Shown one piece after another: positions 20,162-30,200 of a stretch of DNA of 64,000 nt (positions are counted from its first letter, which is position 1; each line of letters begins with the position of its first letter). Origin of the DNA: Thermoanaerobaculia bacterium (GTDB taxonomy: Bacteria > Acidobacteriota > Thermoanaerobaculia > Multivoradales > UBA5704); contig JBGAGQ010000007.1 of the NCBI GenBank assembly GCA_044226625.1, positions 32,001 to 96,000 on the forward strand. Reading direction: 5' to 3'. The notes beneath the pieces are model-generated. The model saw only the letters and a program-made list of their open reading frames with translations. It did not search any database and was not told where the DNA came from. The translations under genes and the position numbers were made by a program.

Positions 20162-23100
20162 CTACTGGCAGATGTTTCCGCTGGTCAGGTCCTTGAAACC
20201 ACCCTCCACCTCTGCGACATCGTCCTCGCGATCAAAGAAGGAGGTGAAGGAACCCGGCCTGTTCCCGGCTTGGAATCCGCCCGTGACGTAGGACGCGATT
20301 TGGACAGCACCCGCTCCCGATTTGGCTACACTCAAAGAAACTCCCGCTGCGGCGGCGACCGCGCCGTAGTGGTAATTCCCATAGCCTTCCAGGTCTGGCG
20401 AAACACTTCTTTTGAAATCCCACAGCTGACCTGGCGACGAGAAGAATGCCATTACTGAAAGTGCAGCTCGAGCTCCTCCCCAAGTTCTCGCTTTTTGAAT
20501 CATGCCAACGTCCGCGCAGAGCACGGTATACATCTGAGCCGACCGTTCAAAAGTACGAATCCTTGTATTGGCACCAAAGCTTGAGGTGAACAAGCCCAAG
20601 AAGCTCATTCGCCCTTGAAGTAGCGAGTCCAAAGTGGAGGTCCCGATGCGATTCACACTGGTCGATGCGGGAATTGCGGGGGCAATCACGGTCATCGAGT
20701 CGGTGAAATCGATGTTGTACGCCTGAGTCCCCGCCAGGCCGGCAGGATCTCGGAACGCCAACGGTCGCGCCGTGACATACGAATAGCGGTTCCAGCTTTG
20801 AGGAGTTTCTGCCATACCCCTCCTCCGATCCGCGCTCAGGAATCTCAGGTTGACGGGGCCGTAAAATCTCGCATGCATGTAGTCCAAGTCATCGCCTGTT
20901 CCCGCCAGGCTCGCCAAGTCCCGCTCGTGGCCCGTGAACTTCATCCTTTCCGTGTCGCCCGCGGTGGCTTCCTCGCCGAAAGGAAAATAGGCGTGGTATG
21001 CGACTTGGGCTCCAGTCCCGTTGGTGATCAGGCGTGGCGTGCCCAAGTGGTCCAGATGGAAGTGACGGGAACCGCTAGGAGTTTCGGCGGCGAGGAGAAG
21101 ACCGTCCCGGTAGACGTAATCTTCGATGACGCTTCCGGACCAGTTGAAGCCTGAGGACTCGTACGTGCGCAACACCTTCCCATCGAGCCCGCGGAGCGTC
21201 CAGCGATCGAAACGCGGCACTCCGCTCGGGTTCACCTTGAACGACCAGGCCCGCTCGTCGTCCGCGGTGTACAAGTAGAGCCACTCCTCGTTGCCCGAAA
21301 CCATCCGCTTCATCTGGTTGAACGCGTCGTACTCGTAAAAGGCTCCGTTCCAATCGGTCAAATTTCCGGCGAAGTCGTAGAACGATCCGGGGCCGTTCAA
21401 CCGGTTGTTCGCGGGATTCGTCGGCGTGCTGCGGCCGCCGGAGCCGCCGATCGCCTGGATGTTGCCGAACGGATCGAAGCTATAGGTCTGCTGCACCGAC
21501 GCCCCGCCACCACTGTTGCCGAGGAATACGGTGGCGTCCTTGAGCCGGCTCACCGGATCGTAGAGGAAGCGAGCGTTGCCCATCTTCGTGATGTTCCCCG
21601 CGCCATCGTAGAGATAGGTCCCGGAGCTCCAGGAGGCAAGCGGGGCGGTGGCGGAGATGGAACCGGGCCGGCGCATCGAATTGGGGTCGTTGGTCTGAGT
21701 ATCGACCGCGCCGTTCGAATGGGCGACCTGATTGACCAGAAGGTTCGGGTAGTACGTGATCCCGAACGAAGTGCCCGGAATCGTTCCCGTGTATCCGGGA
21801 ACGCCGGTAAGAAATCCCTGCGTGAAATTGAAAGTGACCGTCCGCGGCGAGGCGGCGACGCCGGCACACTCCGGGAAGGTGCATTGAGGGTATTCCAGCG
21901 AGGAGATCTCGCCCAGTGGGCTGTAGGCAAGAGCCTGCGTGAAAGATTCCGCGACCGCCCCGTTGAAGAGATTGGCAGTGTCGAGCCGCGATACGCGCCC
22001 GCCCCGTCCGCCATACGTATAGGACTGCGTCAGGAGCACTTGGTAATTCGTCATTCCAATGGACGGATAGTTGTACCGCGTCGCCTGCACGAGCTTTCCA
22101 TTACGCCGGTCACCGGTTCCATTGGCCGTCCCGAACACGAACGACTTGAGGAGACGCCGTTGCCCCGATGTCTCCTGGATTTGAGTGAGTCGCTCGGAGC
22201 GGTCGAACGTGAAGGTTAGGTCGTTAGGCGCGTCCACCTTCCTTCGAGCGTGGCCGCGCGCGTCAAAATTCGAATAGGTGACGGCGCCGTTGCCCGTCAG
22301 CCCTTTTTCCGGATGTGTCTCCGAGAGCAGAAATCCTCGGTTGTCATAGGTAAAAGTCCGACCCTGGGTGAAACCGCTGCCGCTGGTGAATACCGACCGA
22401 AGTCGGTCTTTGGCGTCGTAGCCATAGAATGTGGTCACGCCGGCACCGTTGGTTCCCGAGGGCTCTCCGACCTGTTGCAGGCGTCCTTGCCGGTCGTAAG
22501 CTTGAATCGTCAGCGAATCGGATTCCGTGACAGATCCCGTTCCGGTATTGAAGCTCGTCCCAACCCGAGAGACACGCGAGACCGTCCGGATCCCTGCGTA
22601 GGTGAGCGAAACGTCATGGTTGGGACCGTCCGGGGGGCGGATGATGCCAGGACGACCGAACGGGTCATAGTTCAGAAACTGGGTTCGCTTGCTCGGCGTG
22701 ACTTGAAGCTCCGAAACCGAGCGGCGGTTGCCGATCCCATCGTACAAGGTCTCACGGATTCCCCAGACCCCTTCGGGCATGAGCTGGGCTTCCCGCCAGA
22801 CCCGGCCGAATCCATCGAAGGAAACGCGGCTGTTTGCCAGGGGGCTGGACGACTGACTCCCGTTACCACGCCGCCGGATCAGCACTTCCGCCGCCACCGT
22901 GCTCCCCTGCGCCGAGGAGTAGACGAGCTCCGTCCAGCCGTCCTGGCCGATCTCGGGCATCGCCCATGTCATCCGGCCCAGGACGTCGTAAAGGAAATCG
23001 GTACGGAGGCCGGTCATGTCGCGACTGGTGGTTGGAAGACCCGTGTTCAAGTCGATCTCTCGGTCCACGGATTTGAACGTCGCCGTGTCGTACTGAGCGG

Positions 23101-25108
23101 TCTTCAAGACGCCGTACTGGTACGTCATCACGTTGCGGTACTGGCTGGCCGGAAGACCCCCTGAATTGCAGGGATCTATGGTGCTCAGACCTCCGGGGTC
23201 ACCGCCGAGAGATGACTGGGCGGTTACGTTTCCCGCGGCATCCTTTTCATACGTGAATAGTACATCTTGCGCGCTCAAGCTGCCCGTGTTGAGCAACGTC
23301 CGCCGTGCTAGGAGGAATCCAGTGGTCAGATCGAAGCAACTGAGGTCGCGTTCGGCATAGGAACCCTCGGTGACCGATCGATCCCAGAACATGTTCAGAA
23401 TCCACGGCGCGCTCGGGGCGACCATGACGAATCCGGGCAGCGCCTGGCCGCCGTCATCGAGCTGGTAGGTGCCGTTGCCGGAGTTGAAGTTCACGAAAGT
23501 CGCTCGCGCGTCGGCCGCGCCGAAGTTTCCGTCGGTCACCGTTTGCCGGTAGTGTCCCAGCCCATCAAAATTCGTGTGAGTCTCGCCGGCGAACCGGTTT
23601 CCATCGTCGTGGAAGACGGTGCGGGTAGAGGCCAGCCGCTGGTTACATCGAGATTGATCGGGACTCGCTATGGAGGCTCCGATCTGATCCCGTTCATAGC
23701 GCACGTAGGTCGATCGCAAGAGGGCTCCCGCCGAGCTGAAGACTCTCGCGGACAGGAATCTGCCTTGACCATCGGGAGATCGCCGCGAGTAAGGAAGTCC
23801 GTACTCGGCGATCGAGCCGCCATATGCCGAGGCGCTGGAGACCTTCGCGTAGACCGCGAAATACCGCTCGGTCTTATGCCCCAACGGATCGATGACGGTG
23901 TTGACCGCCTCTTCGATCGGACCTCCGGGGCTATTGGCGGGAGTCAGGTGAGTCTGATAGGTCCAGGTTCCGAGCAACGAGCCGTCGCGTTCCCGCATCG
24001 TCCGCGTCGCCACGCCCGAGGAGAAGGTTCGAAAGGGTTTGGTCGAGGATTCGCTGGGGAAGGAATACCCCTGATAGGTCCATTCGAGCCGTCCGCGAGT
24101 TGGCAGGGTCAGGCCGCGGATGCTCCCCGACCAACCGGCGACGCAACTGTCGCTCGATGTAAGGTCGGAGAAGTAGTCGCTTACGGGCATCGTATAGGCC
24201 GAACCATCTGCCAAGGGGAGCGTGACACTGGTGAGTAACGGCACCGAGACGTCGAGCGGAAGCCCGCCGATGGCGAGCTGGTCGTTGTGCGGGCAGGCGC
24301 GGCGAATAACGCTCACGGTATAGTTGAACTTGTAGGTCGCGCGTGCTCCGCTCGGCGCCGCGACTTCCACTCGATCGACGGTCTGCGGATAGGCCGGGAG
24401 GTCGCTCCGAAAATATACCTTCTGAAACCTCCCCTGGCTGTCGGTCAGCGTCCAGAGATTGGTCGCGTAGGAAATATTGGCGAAATTGCCGAAACGATCG
24501 CGAATCTGATCGGGAAAGCCGTCGGAGCGGAAGTGATGAATCGTCCCGTCCGGAAACTCGATCTCCGCGGTACTCGCCACCAGCTTCTTGAGCCTCAGAT
24601 ACGTGCCGTCCCGCGTATAGAGGACGTTGGCGGCCGGAGCATCGCCGACGTGGAGTCGGTCGTAGAACTCGTGTGACGCGCCGTCCGGCGTCAAGTACTC
24701 CGCGAGCGGCGCCTGATCGACCGAGGCGTGAGGAGGATTGAGCCGCCCCAGCGAGACCATCCATCCGAGACCCGCATTCGACACCAGTCGGGGGAGCGCC
24801 TGGGTGAACGTGACCTGGGTTCCATCCGCGTGCTCCGCGAACTCCCAGACGTTCGAGTTGTAGGCGAGCGTCATTCCGTAGGAGAGTCCGGCGTTGACTG
24901 GGTAGGTCTGCCCCAGGGGGATCGTCAAGGTGAGACCGCCGTTGAACAGGTTCACATGATCGATCTCGCCGATCTGAAAGGACCGGTCGGCGGCGAGACC
25001 TCGCGCGACGTTCGGGTTCTCCTGGCCGAGGAGAGGGCTTCCGGAGAGGATGAGAACGCTGAGGAAGTAGAACATGTGCCGCCACGTCGACGTTCGAGCC
25101 ATCGTCAA
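20162..25108 (-). CDS. Sec-signal RHS/YD-repeat polymorphic toxin with Ntox44-like C-terminal domain
   Basis: Signal peptide, YD repeats, RHS core (HLDHLGTPR, FTGHERD, DYMHARFY, WNRYSY, PLAFRDPAG), tip WDFK...GNYHYGAVAAAAG. Confidence 0.9.
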   Translation of the reverse strand: MTMARTSTWRHMFYFLSVLILSGSPLLGQENPNVARGLAADRSFQIGEIDHVNLFNGGLTLTIPLGQTYPVNAGLSYGMTLAYNSNVWEFAEHADGTQVTFTQALPRLVSNAGLGWMVSLGRLNPPHASVDQAPLAEYLTPDGASHEFYDRLHVGDAPAANVLYTRDGTYLRLKKLVASTAEIEFPDGTIHHFRSDGFPDQIRDRFGNFANISYATNLWTLTDSQGRFQKVYFRSDLPAYPQTVDRVEVAAPSGARATYKFNYTVSVIRRACPHNDQLAIGGLPLDVSVPLLTSVTLPLADGSAYTMPVSDYFSDLTSSDSCVAGWSGSIRGLTLPTRGRLEWTYQGYSFPSESSTKPFRTFSSGVATRTMRERDGSLLGTWTYQTHLTPANSPGGPIEEAVNTVIDPLGHKTERYFAVYAKVSSASAYGGSIAEYGLPYSRRSPDGQGRFLSARVFSSAGALLRSTYVRYERDQIGASIASPDQSRCNQRLASTRTVFHDDGNRFAGETHTNFDGLGHYRQTVTDGNFGAADARATFVNFNSGNGTYQLDDGGQALPGFVMVAPSAPWILNMFWDRSVTEGSYAERDLSCFDLTTGFLLARRTLLNTGSLSAQDVLFTYEKDAAGNVTAQSSLGGDPGGLSTIDPCNSGGLPASQYRNVMTYQYGVLKTAQYDTATFKSVDREIDLNTGLPTTSRDMTGLRTDFLYDVLGRMTWAMPEIGQDGWTELVYSSAQGSTVAAEVLIRRRGNGSQSSSPLANSRVSFDGFGRVWREAQLMPEGVWGIRETLYDGIGNRRSVSELQVTPSKRTQFLNYDPFGRPGIIRPPDGPNHDVSLTYAGIRTVSRVSRVGTSFNTGTGSVTESDSLTIQAYDRQGRLQQVGEPSGTNGAGVTTFYGYDAKDRLRSVFTSGSGFTQGRTFTYDNRGFLLSETHPEKGLTGNGAVTYSNFDARGHARRKVDAPNDLTFTFDRSERLTQIQETSGQRRLLKSFVFGTANGTGDRRNGKLVQATRYNYPSIGMTNYQVLLTQSYTYGGRGGRVSRLDTANLFNGAVAESFTQALAYSPLGEISSLEYPQCTFPECAGVAASPRTVTFNFTQGFLTGVPGYTGTIPGTSFGITYYPNLLVNQVAHSNGAVDTQTNDPNSMRRPGSISATAPLASWSSGTYLYDGAGNITKMGNARFLYDPVSRLKDATVFLGNSGGGASVQQTYSFDPFGNIQAIGGSGGRSTPTNPANNRLNGPGSFYDFAGNLTDWNGAFYEYDAFNQMKRMVSGNEEWLYLYTADDERAWSFKVNPSGVPRFDRWTLRGLDGKVLRTYESSGFNWSGSVIEDYVYRDGLLLAAETPSGSRHFHLDHLGTPRLITNGTGAQVAYHAYFPFGEEATAGDTERMKFTGHERDLASLAGTGDDLDYMHARFYGPVNLRFLSADRRRGMAETPQSWNRYSYVTARPLAFRDPAGLAGTQAYNIDFTDSMTVIAPAIPASTSVNRIGTSTLDSLLQGRMSFLGLFTSSFGANTRIRTFERSAQMYTVLCADVGMIQKARTWGGARAALSVMAFFSSPGQLWDFKRSVSPDLEGYGNYHYGAVAAAAGVSLSVAKSGAGAVQIASYVTGGFQAGNRPGSFTSFFDREDDVAEVEGGFKDLTSGNICQ

Positions 25109-25879
25109 GTCTCCTTTCGACGCCCGTCCTCAGAGGCAAGATCTGTTCCGCGGGCCTCACTCCCACTCACCACTCCCTCGGCTACTGCATCCACGGACTG
25201 ATAGAGATTCTCGGGCCGCTCGGGGTGGTTCCATTCCTGGAACCACGGAATGGCGTCGCGATCCGAGTTTGGAACTGTCTGCACGCTCTCTTCGCATCGT
25301 GCTCTCCGCCCATTACTTGGTTTAACCATTGCAGTCGAGTCAAACCGCTGGCTATTGGTCAGCCAATTGAAAGGTGTCGACATGAAGGAGAGAATCCAGA
25401 CTCGCCCGCTCGAAGGCGAATCTCGATCCCTGTAATCAAGATCCCAAGCCAGGAGCTAGTCGTCGCTTCAGCTGGAATCAAGGTACACATCATTGCTGAG
25501 GCCTCGACGATTCAACAGGTTCCGGTATCGATCCGGCATCCTGAACTTCCCCGGAAGCGGCTGCCCAACGAAGGGGGTCGCAATGCGCACGCGAGGAGCA
25601 AGGACATGAAGAGGAAACGCCCCGTCGTACTGCCCACTTTACCCATCCTGCCAGGATCAAACTTGGACCACGAACGGCTGACCGTTTGCGCGGCCTCTCG
25701 AGCCCACATCATCACGGGCGGTCTCGACGATCCGGCCGACTCCAATCCGGACGCTCCGTAGGCGAGGGCCGCCCGAGGCATTACCTGGCGGCGGAAGGGA
25801 GTCCACGCCGCCGCCAGGCGCGGACAGGCTCCGGGAGCGATGAGCTCCCCATCTTGAGCCGACGGGTAAAATAAGGACT

Positions 25880-28800
25880 GTGTTCGCTTCAGCAAACGGT
25901 CGGAACCTCTGCTACTTGCTCCTTGTCTCGATCCTTCTCGCCGCCGGCCTCGCTTCAGCGACCGAGGCCTACGCCAGGGATTTCGCTGCGCCTCGCGGCC
26001 TTCTCGTTGAAGTTGTTTGGCCGCACTTCGGTGGTGAGGCCGCCGGAATCGAGGCGGGAGACCACCTCGTCTCCTGGTCCAGAGCCGAACCCCTTTCGAC
26101 GAACCCGGGACCTGACGGTTCGCTCGAGACCTCATTCGATCTCTGGCGGGTGATCTTCGAGCAGGCTCCGCTCGGTCGCGTCACCCTGGAAGGGACGCGC
26201 GCTGGAGCGGCCATGAGCTGGACGCTCCCGCCGAGCCGATGGTGGGGGCTCGAGATTCGCCCGGAACTCCCCGAGGATTCCTTGAAATCCTATCTCGACG
26301 CGAGAGCGGCTTTTCTGGTCGGCGACTACGAACGGAGCTCGAAGCTCGGACTGGCTGCGATCGAGCGGCTCGAGGAGCGCGGCGACGTTCTCGACGCCGC
26401 CTGGATGTGCCGCTGGTTGGTCATGCACGATGGCGGACCGGAAGCGGGATCTCGCGGCGACGAGATCACCGAAGCGAGCGTCGAGGCACTCGTCGCGCGA
26501 GCCCATTCTTGGGAAGCGGCCCTCATCCTTCGCTGGCGCGCCTTGGATTGGCAGCTGCACGGCGATTGGGAGGTCGCTCGACTCCTCTATCTCCGCTCGC
26601 TCGATCTCGTTCGCCGCGCGCCGGGGCGGACCGTCACAGAAACCAAGATCCTGATCGGGCTCGGCGCGGTGGCGATCGGCGAGGGGGACTTGAAGACGAG
26701 CGAAGAGTCTTTCCTCGCGGCGCTCCGGCTCACGGAAGGCATTGCGCCCGAAAGCCTCGACCGGGCCGAATGCCTCGCCGATCTCGGCGAAGTCGCCCTG
26801 CAGAAAGGAGACCTTACGGCGGCTGATCGGTGGAACCGGGAAGCGCTTGCCTTGCAGGAGCGCCTCGCGCCGACGGGCCTCGACATCACGGCAACCCTCC
26901 AGACGCTCGCCGGGATCGCTACGGAACGGGGTTATCTCTCGGACGCCGAGGCACTCTTTCGCCGATCGCTCGCGCTCGTCGCAAAGAACCTTCCCGGTCA
27001 GCCGAGCACCGGGCAGAACCTTCAGCTTCTCGCAGGCCTGGCCCTCCGACGGGGCGACCTCGCTTACGCCGAGCAATACCTCGAGACCTCGCTCAAGCTG
27101 TACGGCCACGACCCGAACGAGAGGCAATACAACTATTCCGAGGCCTTTGTCACCCTTGCGGAAATCGCCTTCCGGCGTGGCGATCTCGCCAGCGCGCATC
27201 AACACCTCGTTCATGCCCTCGAAGTTCGGGAGAACAGCGCTCCGAACGCGAGCGGCGTCGCCGACGCGCTCGTGAGCCTCGGCCGCCTCGAAGTGACGCG
27301 CGGCGACCTTGGCGCGGCGCGCGAGCACTTCGAGCGCGCGCTGGCGATCCGCGAGCGTCAACAGAAGCGGAGCATCCATGTCGCCGCCATCCTCCGCGAG
27401 CTCGGTTCCATTCAGAAGGGATCGCGCTCCGAGAAGCAGCTCGAGGAGGCGGTGTCGATCTTGCGAGATGAGGTCCCGGGCAGCCTGGATGAAGCCGAGG
27501 CTCAAGAGGCGCTCGGCAAGCGGTTCACCGAGCGCGGCGCGTTCGATCGGGGCCTCCACCATTTCTCCCGAGCCTTCGAGATTCGCGAACGGATCGCGCC
27601 CGGAAGTCTTGAGCAAGCCGACGCGCTCTACCAGATCGGTTTGATCCGACATCGCCTTGGCCGCGAAAAGGAAGCGACCGACGACTTCTGCTCGGCCATC
27701 GATCGGCTCGATCGCCAACGGAAGATGATCGGAGGGCCGACGGAGTCGAGAGCCTTCTTCGAGTCCGGCGTCGTCCCCTATTACGAAGCGTGTCTCCGTG
27801 GCTTGCTCGCGCGTGGCCGAGCCGATCAGGCGTTCGCGGTTCTAGAGCGCGGACGCGCGCGCGTCTTTCTCACGCTCCTCTCCGAACGGGACCTCCGTCC
27901 TACCGAGCTGCCTGCTGAGATGGCGGCCGAGCGCTGGAAGCTCGGCGAAGACTATGACCGCCTCGAAGCGGCGCTCGGTCGATTGAGCCCAGAGCGCGCC
28001 GCGGCGGAGGTAGAACGGATCCGTTCGGAGCTTTCCGCGGTACGAAACGCCCAAGCCGCTCTCGCGGACCGTATTCGCGCGGCAAGCCCACGACCCGCCT
28101 CCCTCGATCATCCCGAAGTCCTCGACCTGAAAGGCACGAAGGCGATCCTGGATCCGGGAACCGTGCTTCTCTCCTACTCGGTCGGCCAGAGGGACACCCT
28201 CCTGTTCATCGTCGAGGGAGCCGACCGGCCCGGACTTGCGGTGCGCACTCTCCCGATCGGGCGCCAAAAACTACGTGAGAAGGTGGAAAGGTTCCGTGCC
28301 TCGATGACCGCGCCGGTTCGCCCAGGCGCCCGCTCTCGGGCCGAAGCCGAACGGCTCTACCGCGAGCTACTATCGCCGGCCGAGCCCTTCCTTCGCCGCG
28401 CAGCCCGGATCCTGATCTGCCCGGATGGCCCGTTGCACGCGCTGCCGTTCGCCGCTTTGAGGCACAGGGGCGCCTACCTGGTCGAGGGCAAGCCGCTCCA
28501 CTTGGCCCCGTCGATGTCCGCGTACGCGGCGCTCCGGAACCGTGGAGAATCTCAGGGCGAGGATTCCCGAGTGGCGATCGCGGCCTTCGGCGGACCGACC
28601 CCGCGTGCCGATCGCGGAGCTCCGAGCGAACCCGAGCTCCGCTCCGCCGTCCGCCGCGGTCTCAGATTGGAGCCGATTCCCTTCGCCCGCGAAGAGGCGA
28701 CAGAAGCCGCCAGGCTGTTCCCCGGCGGCCAAGCTTTCGTCGGCGATCAAGTGACCGAAGAAGCGGTCAAGCAGATCGCCCCCCGAGCCCGGATTCTTCA

Positions 28801-29239
28801 CTTCGCCTGCCACGGCTTGCTGGACGAACAGATGCCCCTGAATTCGGGCCTGGCACTCTCGATTCCGGAACACCCGGCCGAGGGACAGGACAACGGTGTG
28901 CTTCAGGCTTGGGAGATCATCGAGAACCTGCGTCTGGACGCCGATCTCGTCACCCTCTCGGCGTGCGATACAGCGCTCGGGAAGGACATGGGCGGTGAAG
29001 GCATTCTCGGTCTCACCCGAGCCTTTCAGTTTGCCGGCGCGCGGTCTGTGCTCTCTTCGCTCTGGAGCGTCGAAGACGAGTCGACGGCCGAGCTCATGCG
29101 CACGTTTTACTCCCGCCTCTCCGAGGGCGAGAGCAAGACCGGAGCGCTTCGGGCCGCTCAACTCCGCCTCGTTCGCTCGGCTGAGTTCGCCGATCCTTAC
29201 TATTGGGCGGCGTTCGAGCTGTTCGGTCGCTGGAAGTAG
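25880..29239 (+). CDS. Exported PDZ-like/TPR/CHAT caspase-like protease
   Basis: Signal peptide, AGIEAGDHLVSW PDZ-like motif, TPRs, PDGPLHALPFAAL, catalytic HFACHG and LSACDT, SLWSVED, PYYWAAF. Confidence 0.9.
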   Translation: MFASANGRNLCYLLLVSILLAAGLASATEAYARDFAAPRGLLVEVVWPHFGGEAAGIEAGDHLVSWSRAEPLSTNPGPDGSLETSFDLWRVIFEQAPLGRVTLEGTRAGAAMSWTLPPSRWWGLEIRPELPEDSLKSYLDARAAFLVGDYERSSKLGLAAIERLEERGDVLDAAWMCRWLVMHDGGPEAGSRGDEITEASVEALVARAHSWEAALILRWRALDWQLHGDWEVARLLYLRSLDLVRRAPGRTVTETKILIGLGAVAIGEGDLKTSEESFLAALRLTEGIAPESLDRAECLADLGEVALQKGDLTAADRWNREALALQERLAPTGLDITATLQTLAGIATERGYLSDAEALFRRSLALVAKNLPGQPSTGQNLQLLAGLALRRGDLAYAEQYLETSLKLYGHDPNERQYNYSEAFVTLAEIAFRRGDLASAHQHLVHALEVRENSAPNASGVADALVSLGRLEVTRGDLGAAREHFERALAIRERQQKRSIHVAAILRELGSIQKGSRSEKQLEEAVSILRDEVPGSLDEAEAQEALGKRFTERGAFDRGLHHFSRAFEIRERIAPGSLEQADALYQIGLIRHRLGREKEATDDFCSAIDRLDRQRKMIGGPTESRAFFESGVVPYYEACLRGLLARGRADQAFAVLERGRARVFLTLLSERDLRPTELPAEMAAERWKLGEDYDRLEAALGRLSPERAAAEVERIRSELSAVRNAQAALADRIRAASPRPASLDHPEVLDLKGTKAILDPGTVLLSYSVGQRDTLLFIVEGADRPGLAVRTLPIGRQKLREKVERFRASMTAPVRPGARSRAEAERLYRELLSPAEPFLRRAARILICPDGPLHALPFAALRHRGAYLVEGKPLHLAPSMSAYAALRNRGESQGEDSRVAIAAFGGPTPRADRGAPSEPELRSAVRRGLRLEPIPFAREEATEAARLFPGGQAFVGDQVTEEAVKQIAPRARILHFACHGLLDEQMPLNSGLALSIPEHPAEGQDNGVLQAWEIIENLRLDADLVTLSACDTALGKDMGGEGILGLTRAFQFAGARSVLSSLWSVEDESTAELMRTFYSRLSEGESKTGALRAAQLRLVRSAEFADPYYWAAFELFGRWK

Positions 29240-29297
29240 GCGCGCAACGAATCGACGCGGCGACGCGACACACCGTCGTCTTAGGGCCGGTCGGCAC

Positions 29298-30200
29298 TCA
29301 ATCGGGGTACGCTCTTTCGAGAGCCGCGAGGAGCTCGGAGAGTTTCGAATCTCTCGGCGACCTCTCCACCGCCGCCCGCAGCTCTTCACGCGCCTCGAAC
29401 CAAAGTCCAAGGCTTCGGTCGACCTCGGCGAGAAGCGCGAGCGACGGTCCGTCTCCATCTCTTTCGACGGATCGTCTCAGGCTCTCCCGAGATTTTGCGA
29501 TCTCTGGGGAGAGCGTCACGAAATCCGCTCGTCCCGTCGCGGTCGGCCCCACCCGGTCGATCGACTGGACCTTCCAGTCGTACCTCATTCCCGATCTGAG
29601 CGCTTTGCCCGTGTCGACGGCGAGCTCGGCGGTCTCCACCGAAAAGACGACGCTCCCCTTCCGGTCCATGACTTCGACGCGGTACTTGCCGACCCCGTCG
29701 ACGGGCTCGTAGCGGAGGATCGTCCCACCGGCGAGGGTCGCCGCTCCGTGGCGAGGATAAAGACCCAAGATTCGCTCCGAGCGGATGCGAATCGCGCCCG
29801 CGCTCAAGCCGGCCGGCTCGTCGACGGCAATCGCCTCGAGCCCCGGCAACGGCGAAACCGGCGAGAGCGGGCGAACCGGGCCGGAGCGTGAGCCGAGATC
29901 CCTGCGGCCGATTCGTGCCGTCGAGCCCTCGTCCATTTCGTAGCGGCGGCCGTTCACAAACGCCAACGCGAGCTTCGAGCCCGTTGGAACTCGGACGACG
30001 CTTCCCGCGACGAGACGATCGAAAAGGCGCAGAGAACGCCGCGCCTCGGCGGAGGTTTCGACCGTCGCTTCGCCCGCGAGCGAGTAGACGAGCGCCGCCG
30101 GCCGAGCGGGAGAGCGTGCTCCGTGCGGTTGCGCGGCAGCGACGCAAAGGCACACGAGCCACCCGAAGCCAGCGAGCCGGGCAGCTGAAGCGAACTTCAT
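29298..30200 (-). CDS. Exported protein: FecR-like N-terminus, DUF928/Ig-like middle, TPR-like end
   Basis: ATGA overlap with the kinase stop at 30197-30200, signal peptide, VYSLAGEATV...GSVVRVPTGSKLALAF, LRSGMRYDWKVQ, LGLWFEAREEL. Confidence 0.65.
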   Translation of the reverse strand: MKFASAARLAGFGWLVCLCVAAAQPHGARSPARPAALVYSLAGEATVETSAEARRSLRLFDRLVAGSVVRVPTGSKLALAFVNGRRYEMDEGSTARIGRRDLGSRSGPVRPLSPVSPLPGLEAIAVDEPAGLSAGAIRIRSERILGLYPRHGAATLAGGTILRYEPVDGVGKYRVEVMDRKGSVVFSVETAELAVDTGKALRSGMRYDWKVQSIDRVGPTATGRADFVTLSPEIAKSRESLRRSVERDGDGPSLALLAEVDRSLGLWFEAREELRAAVERSPRDSKLSELLAALERAYPD

